Of a stretch of 64,000 nt of DNA, positions 1 to 10,319 are shown piece by piece. The translations under genes were made by a program, and so were the position numbers. The first letter of the stretch is position 1, and every line of letters begins with the position of its first letter. The notes under the pieces were generated by a model. It had not been told where the DNA came from and ran no database searches. It saw nothing but the letters and a program-made list of their open reading frames with translations. The DNA lies in contig CAVDMV010000001.1 of the NCBI GenBank assembly GCA_963610315.1, positions 77,441-141,440 of the forward strand. The letters run 5' to 3'. The stretch comes from Acutalibacteraceae bacterium. GTDB lineage: Bacteria; Bacillota_I; Bacilli_A; RFN20; CAG-449.

Positions 1-1573
1 ATAACCTTCAATTTGTGAAGAAGATATACCATTATCTTTAAAGACATCAGTTAAAGAAGCTTTACCTTTTTCAATCTGAGTAGCCTTTAAGAATTCTTGA
101 TTACGTTTAGCAAGATATTTTCTAATGTAGTTTTTTGCCCCAGTTGATTTAGCGATTTTTAACCAACCTTCATTGATATTAGGATTTTGTGAAGTTTTAA
201 TTTCAACAACATCACCCATCTTTAATTCTGTAGAAAGTGGAACTAAGGAGTTATTAACTAAGGCTCCGACCGCTCTTTCACCAACTTTCGAATGGACTTT
301 AAAAGCAAAATCAAGTGGAGTAGATCCACTAGGTAAATCAATAACTTTACCATGAGGAGTAAAGCAATAGATGTTTTCTCCAAAAATATCATTAGTTAAG
401 TTATCCATGTATTCTTTTGAAGTTGCATCTTTTTCATTGGACATCGAAATAAAATCACTGAACCAATGAAGTTTTTCCATGATTTCTTGTTGTTCTTTTT
501 TAGGATCGTATTTCGCACCTTCTTTATATCTCCAGTGAGCCGCGACACCTTGTTCAGCGATATCATCCATATCTTTAGTTCTAATTTGAATTTCAATAAT
601 TGATGAATCACGATCTAAAATAGTCGTGTGTAAAGATTGATACATGTTCGATTTAGGAACTGCGATATAATCTTTAAATCTATTTGGTAAAGGAGAATAT
701 TCTGAGTGAATTAAGCCTAAAATTTCATAACAGTTAATCTCAGTTTTAGTAATAATTCTTAATGCGACAATATCGTAAATTGTGTCAAATGTAAGATGTT
801 TATCTTTCATTTTCTTCCAAATGGAATAAGGACGTTTAATACGCGCGCTTATTTCAAAAGGAATTTTACTAGGAAGAAGCAAATCCGCGATTTTCTTTTC
901 GAGTTTATTAATTCCTTCTTCTTTATATTTAATATTATTATTTAAATAGTCAGTAATTTCTTTATAAGCTTCTGGTTCAAGATATTTTAAACATAAATCT
1001 TGAAGTTCACCTTTAATTTCGTTTAAACCTAATCGATCAGCGATTGGAGTATAAACTTCTAAGGTTTCTTGAGAAATAGAAATTTTCTTTTCTGGAGTTT
1101 GGAAATCAAGTGTTCGCATATTATGTAATCGATCACATAATTTAATTAAAATAACACGGATATCCTTAGCCATCCCTAAGAAAATCTTACGATGTCCTTC
1201 CGCGACGAAATCAACATCATGTCTTCTTTGATGGGATAAAGCTTTAATTTTTGTAAGTGAAAAAACGATTTCTGCGACATCATCACTAAATTCTTTTCTT
1301 AAATCGTCTTCAGTGACTCCGCAGTCTTCGATCGTATCATGTAGAAAGGCTGCCGCAATTGTGGTTGGACCGCCTTTTAATTTAGCGATTAAATAACCAA
1401 CTTCAATTACGTGAATCACATAAGGTTGACCTGATTTTCTAAATTGGCCTTTATGCTTTTCTTCAGCATATTTATAGGCCTTTCTAATAAATTCAATGTC
1501 ATCTTTATTATGAATATATTCGCTAAAAACGTCTTCTACATCTTGATATGTATGAGTAACGTCATTAGCCATA
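1..1573 (-). CDS. relA: (p)ppGpp synthetase/hydrolase Rel (RelA/SpoT family); start codon at 1573, 3' end runs off the window
   Basis: My own translation from the ATG at 1571-1573 gives MANDVTHTYQDVEDVFSEYIHNKDDIEFIRKAYKYAEEKHKGQFRKSGQPYVIHVIEV..., an HD hydrolase domain. It is followed by a RelA_SpoT synthetase region and a TGS-like segment (GENIYCFTPHGKVIDLPSGSTPLDFAF). The ORF is absent from the six-frame track because it has no in-window stop. apt lies immediately upstream, as is usual. Confidence 0.85.
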
Positions 1574-1574
1574 A

Positions 1575-2102
1575 TTATTCATCCTTTACATCATCATAGA
1601 TTAAACATTTTAAATTATCTTTTTCGAGTCTCTTAACTCCAGGTAAGGAAGTTAAACCAATTAAAGCAACCATGCCAACTAATTCTCCTCCAAGAGATTC
1701 GATTAAATGTTTACCTGCATCCATTGTTCCTCCAAGAGCGACAATGTCATCAACAATAACAAATTTTAAACCTTTTTTAATAGAATCTTTTGTGACACAT
1801 AATGTATCTGTGCCATATTCTAATTCATAAGTATATGTTGCGTTTTCTCTAGGTAATTTACCAGGTTTTCTTAAAGGTACAAAGCCTAAGCCTAATTTAT
1901 AAGCGATAGGTGCACCAAAAATAAAACCTCTAGATTCGGCCCCGACAATAATATCCGCGCCCATTTCTTTACAAAGTTCAGCCATTTCATCAACTGCTTG
2001 AGCGAAAGCTTCAGGACGTTCAACTAAAGAAGTAATATCTTTAAATTGTACTCCTTTTTTTGGAAAGTCTTTAACAGTAATAATAGTATCTTCTAATTTC
2101 AT
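1575..2102 (-). CDS. apt: adenine phosphoribosyltransferase
   Basis: 175 aa with the PRPP-binding motif VIVDDIVALGGTM. It ends 1 nt before the rel start, the usual apt-relA arrangement. Confidence 0.9.
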   Translation of the reverse strand: MKLEDTIITVKDFPKKGVQFKDITSLVERPEAFAQAVDEMAELCKEMGADIIVGAESRGFIFGAPIAYKLGLGFVPLRKPGKLPRENATYTYELEYGTDTLCVTKDSIKKGLKFVIVDDIVALGGTMDAGKHLIESLGGELVGMVALIGLTSLPGVKRLEKDNLKCLIYDDVKDE

Positions 2103-2195
2103 AAATTATCCCTCATTTCTAAAACCTAAATCGGTTTACTAATACGTAGATATTTTACAACATTTTTATTAATTGTAATAATAAATTATTATAAA

Positions 2196-2241
2196 TATCT
2201 AAAAAAAACGAAGAATATAAAAGCCGCGTTTCCACGGCTTA
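2196..2241 (-). terminator. rho-independent terminator after the pheST/YceD-like unit
   Basis: Hairpin AAGCCG-cgtttcca-CGGCTT at 2221-2241. On the minus strand it is followed by TTATATTCTTCGTTTTTTTT. Confidence 0.5.
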
Positions 2242-2244
2242 ATA

Positions 2245-2760
2245 TTAATCTTCTAAATCAAAGTCTAGTAAAGAACTAAATGCAGGATTAACCTCATTTT
2301 TCTTCTTTTCATTATATTCATCTTCAGAAATTACTTCCCAATTGTCACCAGTAATTTTTTCAGGATCATCTTTACCAATTATTTTTAAAGGAATAGAAGA
2401 AATAATTAATGAAACAACATCGTTATATAAATCATAATGATCTTCATTAACTTTAATAATATCTTCACTATCATCTTCATTAAAGTCATTTGATTCAAAA
2501 GCTAACGTTAAATTATCTTCGTCATTAAGAGAAAAATCAACTGGTTTTAATGTTCTAGTTGAAGCTAAAACTAAATTTGCATTAACTTTTAAATTAACAA
2601 GTACTAAAGAAGAAACTAAATTAACATTCACTTCGACATTGACGTTTTTAACTTCGAGGATATCTTTACAAGATGCTATATCTTCTTTTTTAAGAATCAC
2701 TTCTTCATGAAGAGTAAAATTCTTTAATGAATAAATATCTTTTTTCTTAAGTACTAACAT
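2245..2760 (-). CDS. acidic hypothetical protein, possibly DUF177/YceD-like
   Basis: 171-aa ORF with an alternating hydrophobic pattern (NVNVEVNVNLVSSLVLVNLKV) and a very acidic C-terminus. The family assignment is tentative because the CxxC pairs seen in many DUF177 proteins are absent. Confidence 0.45.
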   Translation of the reverse strand: MLVLKKKDIYSLKNFTLHEEVILKKEDIASCKDILEVKNVNVEVNVNLVSSLVLVNLKVNANLVLASTRTLKPVDFSLNDEDNLTLAFESNDFNEDDSEDIIKVNEDHYDLYNDVVSLIISSIPLKIIGKDDPEKITGDNWEVISEDEYNEKKKNEVNPAFSSLLDFDLED

Positions 2761-2761
2761 A

Positions 2762-5152
2762 TTATTTTCTTAACTCCGCTTTGAAGTCTTTGAATAAAGC
2801 ATTAAGAATGCTATTCTCTGCTTCTTGAATTTCTTGATCAACTAAAGTCTTAGTTTCACTTCCATAAGTAATACTAAATGCGACTGATTTAATATTGAGT
2901 GGTAAGAATTCACCTTGGTAGACATCAAATACTTCAACGTCTCTAACAATGGATTTACCATTTTTCTTAATAGTTCTAATCATATCTTCAACTAAGACAT
3001 CTTTAGAAACTACTAATGCTAAATCTCGATTAACTGTTGGGAATTTAGAAACTTGAGCCATCTTTGTTTGAGAAGTTTTTAAATCTAATAATTTAGTTAA
3101 ATTTAAATCTAAGACATAAGTTTCTTTAATATCTTTTGAATATGTTGGATGAATTTGACCAACTACGCCGACGACATCTTTACCAATCATAATTTTTGTC
3201 GCTCTACCTGGATGATAGAATTTTGAATCAGTTAATCTAACTTCTTTATATCTATTTTTATCAATACCTAAAGAAGAAAGAATTGCTTCTAAAATACCAT
3301 GAATATCATAGAAATCATATGGTCTAGTTTCAAAGCTACCTCTTAAAGATTTATTACCGTTAAGACCAACTACTAATTCTTCAAATGATTGAGATTTTGT
3401 ATCAATAGAAGAAATTTCAAAGAAAGCTAAATTCTTTTGTTGATGAGATAAATTATATGAGATTGTTTCAAGCATACTTGAAACTAATCCTCTTCTAACA
3501 ACGCTATGATCAACAGTCATAGGATTTAAAATAACATAAGGTTCATCTACGTTTAATAAAACAAATTCTTCATTCATCTTAGGAGAAATTAAATTATATG
3601 TTAAGATTTCGTTTAAGCCATTATCAATTAATAAATTTCTAATTTTTAAACGTTTTAGTTGGTGAAGTGATAATCCCCCGGTAGTTGTTACCATTAAAGG
3701 TAATTGGCTCTTAATGCAATCAAAACCAACATATCTAATTACTTCTTCAGATAAATCAGCATTACATTTTAAATCAATACGATGATCTGGTGGGAAAGCG
3801 ACAAATTCATTGTCATCTTTAGAAACAACTTTAATCATTAAAGCTTCTAAAACACTCTTAATTTCTTCAAAACTAAAGGATGTACCTAAACGAGAATTAA
3901 TGTAACTAACTGAACAATCAATTTGTGTTTCGTTTTTTCCAACTGTTGAATAATTAACATTTTTAGAAACTTTCTTTGCATCAGCTAGTTCAACTAATAA
4001 TTCACTCGCTAAGTAGAGAACATCCTCATATTGATAAGGATTAATTCCTTTTGTAAATCTTGCGCTTGAATCACTCGCTAAACCTAATCGATTAGAAGTT
4101 TTTCTAACTGAAGAACCTTTAAATGAAGCAGCTTCAATAATAATATTTTTAGTTTCAGGAGTAACTGCAACACAATCGAGTCCCATAATACCAGCAATAC
4201 AAACAGGTTTATCATTATTAGTGACAACTAAATCGTTTTCTTCTAATTTATATGTTTCATTATCAAGTGCGACAACTTCACTACTAATATCATTTCTAAC
4301 GACAAACTTATTCGATTCAAGTTTATCTTTATCATACATATGTAATGGTTGACCTGTTAATAACATAACGTAGTTACCAATATCAACAATATTATTTATA
4401 GATCTAATTCCTTCAGCCATTAAAGCTCTTTGTAACCATAAAGGAGATTCTTTAGTTGTAACATCAAGAACTTCTTTAATAGAAAATTGAGGGCAATCAG
4501 GAGTTAATGAACTACATTCAAATGAAGAATCAAATTCATCATATCTTTTAGGTTCAGGAATTTTAACTTCACGGTGGAATAAAGCGCCTAATTCTTTAGC
4601 GATAGAATAAATAGCTAAACAGTCACTTCTATTCGCTAAAACGTTAATATTAAAGACGGTATCATCTAATCCTAAATATTCTAAGACGTGTTCTTCACCA
4701 ACTGGTGCATCATCATCTAATTCTTCAATACCATTAATTTGTGCTTCAGTTAAGAAGAACTTATCAACGCCAAGTTCATTTAAAGCACAACACATACCAT
4801 TAGATTCTACTCCTCTAATGACAGATTTAGTAATAGTTATATCTTTTGCAGGAAGAACGCAACCTTCTAAAGCGACAATAACTTTTAAACCAACTCTAAC
4901 ATTTGGCGCACCGCAGACAATTTGAACTACTCCATATTTATCACCTTCATTAACTTTTAAAACATGTAGATGAGATGAATCTGGATGTTCAGCACATTCA
5001 ACAATTTGACCAATAACTAATTTAGAAGCGCTCGCTAAAGTTGAAACTTCTTCAACTTCTAAGCCAGAGAAAGTTAATTTTTCTTCAATTTCTTTTGGAG
5101 AAATATCGTGTAAATCAACAAATTTAGATAATAATTTATAACTTGCTAACAT
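2762..5152 (-). CDS. pheT: phenylalanine--tRNA ligase beta subunit
   Basis: 796 aa containing tRNA-binding, B3/B4, B5 and FDX-ACB-like segments. It sits directly downstream of pheS. Confidence 0.95.
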   Translation of the reverse strand: MLASYKLLSKFVDLHDISPKEIEEKLTFSGLEVEEVSTLASASKLVIGQIVECAEHPDSSHLHVLKVNEGDKYGVVQIVCGAPNVRVGLKVIVALEGCVLPAKDITITKSVIRGVESNGMCCALNELGVDKFFLTEAQINGIEELDDDAPVGEEHVLEYLGLDDTVFNINVLANRSDCLAIYSIAKELGALFHREVKIPEPKRYDEFDSSFECSSLTPDCPQFSIKEVLDVTTKESPLWLQRALMAEGIRSINNIVDIGNYVMLLTGQPLHMYDKDKLESNKFVVRNDISSEVVALDNETYKLEENDLVVTNNDKPVCIAGIMGLDCVAVTPETKNIIIEAASFKGSSVRKTSNRLGLASDSSARFTKGINPYQYEDVLYLASELLVELADAKKVSKNVNYSTVGKNETQIDCSVSYINSRLGTSFSFEEIKSVLEALMIKVVSKDDNEFVAFPPDHRIDLKCNADLSEEVIRYVGFDCIKSQLPLMVTTTGGLSLHQLKRLKIRNLLIDNGLNEILTYNLISPKMNEEFVLLNVDEPYVILNPMTVDHSVVRRGLVSSMLETISYNLSHQQKNLAFFEISSIDTKSQSFEELVVGLNGNKSLRGSFETRPYDFYDIHGILEAILSSLGIDKNRYKEVRLTDSKFYHPGRATKIMIGKDVVGVVGQIHPTYSKDIKETYVLDLNLTKLLDLKTSQTKMAQVSKFPTVNRDLALVVSKDVLVEDMIRTIKKNGKSIVRDVEVFDVYQGEFLPLNIKSVAFSITYGSETKTLVDQEIQEAENSILNALFKDFKAELRK

Positions 5153-5166
5153 AATAAATCTCCTCC

Positions 5167-6198
5167 TTAGTCTTTCTTAAATTGTGATAAGAATCTCTTA
5201 TCGTTTGTATAGAATTTTCTAATGTCATCAATACCATATTTTAACATTGCAACTCTTTCAATACCGATACCAAAGGCAAAACCTTGATAGACTTTAGTAT
5301 CAAAACCACACATTTCAAGAACATGTGGATGAACCATACCAGCACCAAGAATTTCAATCCAACCAGTACCTTTACATAATTTACAGCCTTTGCCACCGCA
5401 TTCAAAACAAGAAATATCAGCTTCAACAGAAGGTTCAGTAAATGGGAAATAAGAAGATCTCATTCTAACTTCACGTTTTTCACCAAACATTGATTTTGCG
5501 AATAATTCTAAAGTAGAAAGTAAGTTACCCATATTGACATTTTTATCGATAACTAAGCCTTCAATTTGACCAAATTGATGTGAATGAGTTGCATCATCAT
5601 CACGACGATAAACTTTTCCTGGAGAGATGATCTTAATTGGTCCAACACCATTTTTTGATAACATGACATGTGCTTGAACTGGAGAAGTTTGGCTTCTCAT
5701 TAAATGATTTTCATCGATGTAGAAAGAATCTTGCATGTCACGTGCTGGGTGATCTTTAGGAACATTTAATAATTCAAAATTGAAATGATCTAATTCAACT
5801 TCTGTTCCTTCAACAATGTTATAACCCATACCGATAAAGATATTAGAAACATCATCAATAATAATTTGGAAAGGATGTTTACTACCTTTTGAATAAGAAT
5901 ATGCAGGAAGAGTAAAGTCGATGACTTCACTTTCTAATTTTTTCTTTAATAATTCACTTTCAATTTCTTGTCTTTTTTGTTCAATACGATTAGTGATATC
6001 TTGTTTAATCGCATTGATTTCTTGGCCAAATTTAGCCTTATCTTCTGCATTTAAATTTTTCATTAATGACATCATTTTCATTAATTCACTCTTTTTAGAT
6101 AAATAATTATTTCTAATATTAGTTAATAATTCTGGTGAATCAATTTCACTAATTTCTTTTAATGCAGTTTCATGTAGTTTCTTTAAATTGTCAAACAT
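5167..6198 (-). CDS. pheS: phenylalanine--tRNA ligase alpha subunit
   Basis: 343 aa with class II aaRS motifs (FRPSYFPFTEPS, GAGMVHP). Confidence 0.95.
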   Translation of the reverse strand: MFDNLKKLHETALKEISEIDSPELLTNIRNNYLSKKSELMKMMSLMKNLNAEDKAKFGQEINAIKQDITNRIEQKRQEIESELLKKKLESEVIDFTLPAYSYSKGSKHPFQIIIDDVSNIFIGMGYNIVEGTEVELDHFNFELLNVPKDHPARDMQDSFYIDENHLMRSQTSPVQAHVMLSKNGVGPIKIISPGKVYRRDDDATHSHQFGQIEGLVIDKNVNMGNLLSTLELFAKSMFGEKREVRMRSSYFPFTEPSVEADISCFECGGKGCKLCKGTGWIEILGAGMVHPHVLEMCGFDTKVYQGFAFGIGIERVAMLKYGIDDIRKFYTNDKRFLSQFKKD

Positions 6199-6291
6199 AT
6201 AAACCTCCGAAAAACTAAGATTATAAAATCAATCTTTTTAATAATACTCTCATTTTAATTTATTTTAAATAAATTACATTAAACACAAACT

Positions 6292-6822
6292 TTATTTTTT
6301 GATTAAACGATGCTTTTTTTCATATAATTCATCTAAGAAATCATTTAGTTTCTTAAATGATTTAGTATTTTTTGAAAAATTAACAACGCGGTCTCTAGTC
6401 CCGTATTTAATGATTAAAGACATATTTCTAAGTTTAAAAAATAAAGTTAAAAATAATATAAAACAAATTATTCCTACTCCTAAAATAATATAAGCAACTA
6501 GAGGATAGAAAAATAATGTAGGAATAAATCCTCCAATAGATACAACAAGTAAAAATATCGCAAGGAAGAGATAGACAGGATGCGAACGCATCTTAGTTTG
6601 AGAAGCTTTAATTTCTAATAAATCAATTAAAATTTTCTCTTTTCCCCCATTACTAATCTTTCTAATAATTAAGCAATCATCACTTAAATCTAAAGATGAA
6701 TCACCAATTATGAGATGGTCACCTTTTTGCGTTTTTTCATATATTACTTCACTATCATCACGATCTTCTTTAAGTGGTAGTTCAAAGTCGAAATCAATAT
6801 CTTCTTGATGTTTTCTTTTCAT
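6292..6822 (-). CDS. hypothetical membrane protein (soluble N-terminal part followed by 2 TM helices)
   Basis: 176-aa ORF with two clear hydrophobic helices (VYLFLAIFLLVVSIGGFIPTLFFYPLVAYIILGVGIICFILFLTLFF). No motif I recognise. Confidence 0.5.
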   Translation of the reverse strand: MKRKHQEDIDFDFELPLKEDRDDSEVIYEKTQKGDHLIIGDSSLDLSDDCLIIRKISNGGKEKILIDLLEIKASQTKMRSHPVYLFLAIFLLVVSIGGFIPTLFFYPLVAYIILGVGIICFILFLTLFFKLRNMSLIIKYGTRDRVVNFSKNTKSFKKLNDFLDELYEKKHRLIKK

Positions 6823-6826
6823 CTAA

Positions 6827-7954
6827 TCACCCCTTATTTTTCTCTTTTAATGCATCAATATTAAATGCATATAAGAAGCCTAATATTATTTCTTTACGCA
6901 CAATTTTATTAACGAAAAGTTGATTAAATAATTTAAAAATTAAATTACGATCTTCTTTATTTAATGATAAGAAAACCTTAAATCCGCGATGAGGACGTAG
7001 TCCTGCTTCAGTAAGTGATTTAGAATTACCCGCGTATAAAACATTAAATAAGCTTTCAACGAAACGTTTTTTATAATCATTATCGTAGTCAAACATTATG
7101 CCGTCAATTTGTTTATTGATTTCGTCACTTCCTAAAGAAAATGAATCATCTCTTTTAAAATTAGTTCCGTTAATAGCCCACGTTAATGGATCATGCGTTT
7201 GTAATCCTCTAATACGTGAATGAATAATAGTTGGTGGCACCATTTCATAAAAGAAGCGACCGACTACACCTTCACTAGGAACGTAATGTAGCATTTTACT
7301 CTTACGATAAACAGGGACTTTTAATAAAGTTTTAACGCTGTAACCTGGTCCATCAAATGAATAAGCACATTTAAGTTTATTAAAGACTTCTTCTGAACAA
7401 AATGCCGCGGCATATAAAGCTTCTAAGCCACCCTTAGAATGACCAACAAAGATATATTCTTTATCTTCTAGACAATATTTGTTAACGTAATTTACCGCTT
7501 TTTGTAAGCAAGGTACATCTGATTTATACATCATGTCAAAGTCTTCTCTCCAACCGACAATCGTATCATCAGTTGAACCAAAAACAATAATAGTCGTCCT
7601 ATCATCTAAATCACACATAAAGAAAGTCGATTGAGTAACTTCTTCTTCAGAAATAGTTACTTCCGCATTATACATTTTTAGATGTTTTAGCCTGTGGCAT
7701 TCACTCGCCGAGAACACCATATTAGATATATTTTTATTTAATATAAGACCAAATTGTTTCTTTTTATGAAACTTATATTGTTTTTCCATTACCTTATAAA
7801 AGCTTCGTTTTTTTAAAGTACTAGAGTCAGGAATAGAAACTTTGACATCTATTAAAGCAACCATAGACAAAATTAAACCATCCACTTCAGTAAATGGAAT
7901 TTCTTTTAATGATTTTTGTCCGATTGATTTAATATATGATGGTAAATATCCCAT
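6827..7954 (-). CDS. alpha/beta-hydrolase, DUF2974 (Mbeg1-like lipase_3-type) family
   Basis: 375 aa with the nucleophile elbow GHSKGG and the surrounding pattern IIVFGSTDDTIVGWREDF...YIFVGHSKGGLEALYAA, typical of DUF2974/lipase class 3 proteins. Confidence 0.7.
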   Translation of the reverse strand: MGYLPSYIKSIGQKSLKEIPFTEVDGLILSMVALIDVKVSIPDSSTLKKRSFYKVMEKQYKFHKKKQFGLILNKNISNMVFSASECHRLKHLKMYNAEVTISEEEVTQSTFFMCDLDDRTTIIVFGSTDDTIVGWREDFDMMYKSDVPCLQKAVNYVNKYCLEDKEYIFVGHSKGGLEALYAAAFCSEEVFNKLKCAYSFDGPGYSVKTLLKVPVYRKSKMLHYVPSEGVVGRFFYEMVPPTIIHSRIRGLQTHDPLTWAINGTNFKRDDSFSLGSDEINKQIDGIMFDYDNDYKKRFVESLFNVLYAGNSKSLTEAGLRPHRGFKVFLSLNKEDRNLIFKLFNQLFVNKIVRKEIILGFLYAFNIDALKEKNKG

Positions 7955-7979
7955 TAAAGCCTCCTAAAACAAATATAAA

Positions 7980-9083
7980 TTATTTATTGTCATCTTGCTC
8001 AATATCTAAAAAGAAATCAGGTAAGATAGAATTTGTATCTTGAGGAATTGAAGGTTCTTCTTCCTTCTTTTCTTCAACGACAGGAGTTCTAGTTGGTCTA
8101 ACATAAGGAGTTGGATCACTAGGAACATAATCTTCATCAAATTCAGTCGCGATGACTGAAACTAACATATTGTCATTAAGTTCAGGATTTTGTTGAACCC
8201 CAAAGATAATATTAACGTTAGAACCCGCAGCTTCAGTAATATAAGAAACAGCTTCTTGAGTTTCATCGAGCGTTACTCCGTTACCTCCGGTAATAGAGAT
8301 AATAGCTGAATGAGCACCTTTAATACTAGCTTCAAGTAATGGAGAAGCAATCGCGTTAGTTGCTGCATCAATAGCTTTATTTGCTCCGCTACCAACACCA
8401 AAGCCAATTAATGCAAGACCTTTACCTTGTAAAGTAGCTTTTACATCAGCGAAATCTAAGTTAATTAATCCTGGTAATAAAATTAAATCAGTAATTGTTT
8501 TTACCGATTGAGATAATACGCGGTCAGATTCAGCGAAAGCTTCCGCGATTGATTTATTACCATTCATCATCATTAATTTATCATTAGAAACAACGATAAT
8601 TGAATCAACTTCTTCTTTTAATTTATTTAAGCCTTCAACCGCTTTTACTTTTCTTGAATTACCTTCAAATGAGAAAGGTCTAGTAACAATTGCAATCGTT
8701 AATGCGCCTGCTTCACGAGCAGCACGAGCGACAATTGGAGCAGCTCCAGTACCAGTGCCTCCACCCATACCTGCTGCGATAAAGACCATATTCGCACCTT
8801 GAACAATTTCTTTAATATCTTCAATTGATTGAGAAGCAGCTTCTGCACCTATTTCAGGATTACCACCTGCTCCTAAACCTTTAGTATAATCTTTACCTAA
8901 AACATATTTATGTTCTGCTTGAGAAGTCGCTAAAGCTTGAGCGTCAGTATTAACAACCCAGAATTCACATGATTTAATATCATCTTTAATCATTTGGTTG
9001 ACCGCGTTATTTCCGCCGCCACCAACACCGATGACAACAATTTTTGCATAGCTTTCAAATGCATCAAAATTAAATTCTTCCAT
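7980..9083 (-). CDS. ftsZ: cell division GTPase FtsZ
   Basis: Tubulin signature GGGTGTG and IKVIGVGGGGNNAVN; 367 aa with a variable C-terminal tail. Confidence 0.95.
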   Translation of the reverse strand: MEEFNFDAFESYAKIVVIGVGGGGNNAVNQMIKDDIKSCEFWVVNTDAQALATSQAEHKYVLGKDYTKGLGAGGNPEIGAEAASQSIEDIKEIVQGANMVFIAAGMGGGTGTGAAPIVARAAREAGALTIAIVTRPFSFEGNSRKVKAVEGLNKLKEEVDSIIVVSNDKLMMMNGNKSIAEAFAESDRVLSQSVKTITDLILLPGLINLDFADVKATLQGKGLALIGFGVGSGANKAIDAATNAIASPLLEASIKGAHSAIISITGGNGVTLDETQEAVSYITEAAGSNVNIIFGVQQNPELNDNMLVSVIATEFDEDYVPSDPTPYVRPTRTPVVEEKKEEEPSIPQDTNSILPDFFLDIEQDDNK

Positions 9084-9091
9084 AAACCCTC

Positions 9092-10309
9092 CTAAAGCTC
9101 TTCTTGAGCGTCATATTTATCAGTTCTTTTTGAGGATGAATCTTGTACTCTAGAAATAATCGTATTTGTAAAAGAATCATCACTATCAATTTGTACATAA
9201 CGATCCGCATATTTAATTAAACCTAAACATACTTGATAAGATTGATTTCTTGCTCCAAAACTATAAGGAGTATAAGAAATCACATTAACACCTAATTCTT
9301 CATCGAGTAATTCTTTTAGACCATTTAATCTACTTCCGCCTCCAGTAATAACTAGTGGAAGGAATTTATTATCAGAATCATTCCATTCGTTAATAACTTG
9401 TTTAATTTTATCAATCAAGAGTTTTAAGCATTCCTTAATTGTGACATTAATATCCTTAATCGTAATATTTTTAAAAACATTAACTTTAAATCCTGGTTCC
9501 TCATCTATACCATATTTTTCTTTTAGAAGTGTTGCTTCTTTAAAAGTAATATTAAGTTTTTCTGACATATATTGAGAAATCTTATCACTACCAAAACCAA
9601 TGCATTGATTTTTAGTAATAATTGTTTTATTCTCAATTTTAGTAAATGTAGTAATATCTCCTCCAATATTTAGTAAATAATAATTTGAAGAAATTGATTG
9701 AACTTCATCAACATTATCTAAATAGATACTTGTTACTAGTGGAGAAGAAGTAACTTGCTTAACTCTTAAGCCAGCAGTTTCAACAACCTTCACAAATTTC
9801 TCTACATAAGTTTCAGCAAGAGCATAAACGGTGGCATACATTGTTAAATTTTGTGCTGTTTTACCAATTGGTGATTCAGAAGAATTTTCTCTACCATCTA
9901 AAACATATTTATATGGAATAACATCATAAACTTTAAATCCATCCCCAAATTTTACTTTCTTTAATTGTGAGATGCAGTTATTAATATCCATTTGGCAGAT
10001 TTTACCTTCTGGATTAATCGTATTAGTTGAAGCATTTTGTAACTTCCAATCAAGTGATAAAGGAGGTATCGCTAAAACTACATCGCGCATCTTAATTCCT
10101 CCAAGCGATTCACTTGCCGTAGAAATAACTCCTTTAATCGCTGCGATAAGAGAATCTGATTCAACAACAAGTCCTCTTTCTAATGCGCTACAACTTGATT
10201 CTAAAGCATGGAGAACATAGACTTTTTCATCTTGTACAAATCCATAAACTAATCTAACGCATTTAGAAGTAATTTCTAGTGCTGCGTATCTTTTATTTTC
10301 ATTACCCAT
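9092..10309 (-). CDS. ftsA: cell division protein FtsA
   Basis: 405-aa actin-like ATPase immediately upstream of ftsZ. Confidence 0.9.
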   Translation of the reverse strand: MGNENKRYAALEITSKCVRLVYGFVQDEKVYVLHALESSCSALERGLVVESDSLIAAIKGVISTASESLGGIKMRDVVLAIPPLSLDWKLQNASTNTINPEGKICQMDINNCISQLKKVKFGDGFKVYDVIPYKYVLDGRENSSESPIGKTAQNLTMYATVYALAETYVEKFVKVVETAGLRVKQVTSSPLVTSIYLDNVDEVQSISSNYYLLNIGGDITTFTKIENKTIITKNQCIGFGSDKISQYMSEKLNITFKEATLLKEKYGIDEEPGFKVNVFKNITIKDINVTIKECLKLLIDKIKQVINEWNDSDNKFLPLVITGGGSRLNGLKELLDEELGVNVISYTPYSFGARNQSYQVCLGLIKYADRYVQIDSDDSFTNTIISRVQDSSSKRTDKYDAQEEL

Positions 10310-10319
10310 ACATGCCCTC

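Noticed and set aside
5241-5426. Small ORFs nested in pheS (5241-5426, 5921-6106) and similar nested ORFs (9972-10220, 12643-12852, 13826-14038, 14615-14908, 20738-20995, 21013-21249, 21250-21468, 28276-28497, 31359-31643, 34505-34714, 35445-35657, 38761-39030, 39416-39664, 44784-45053, 45246-45437, 45969-46157, 46256-46649, 47946-48134, 48371-48625, 48902-49093, 51259-51465, 51973-53118, 54904-55086, 55719-56329, 59815-60003)
   Set aside because: All are alternative-frame or antisense ORFs inside strongly supported genes, with low-complexity translations typical of AT-rich DNA.
6199-6291. T-box leader upstream of pheS
   Set aside because: The 93-bp spacer is far too short and has no AGGGUGGNACCGCG-like sequence.
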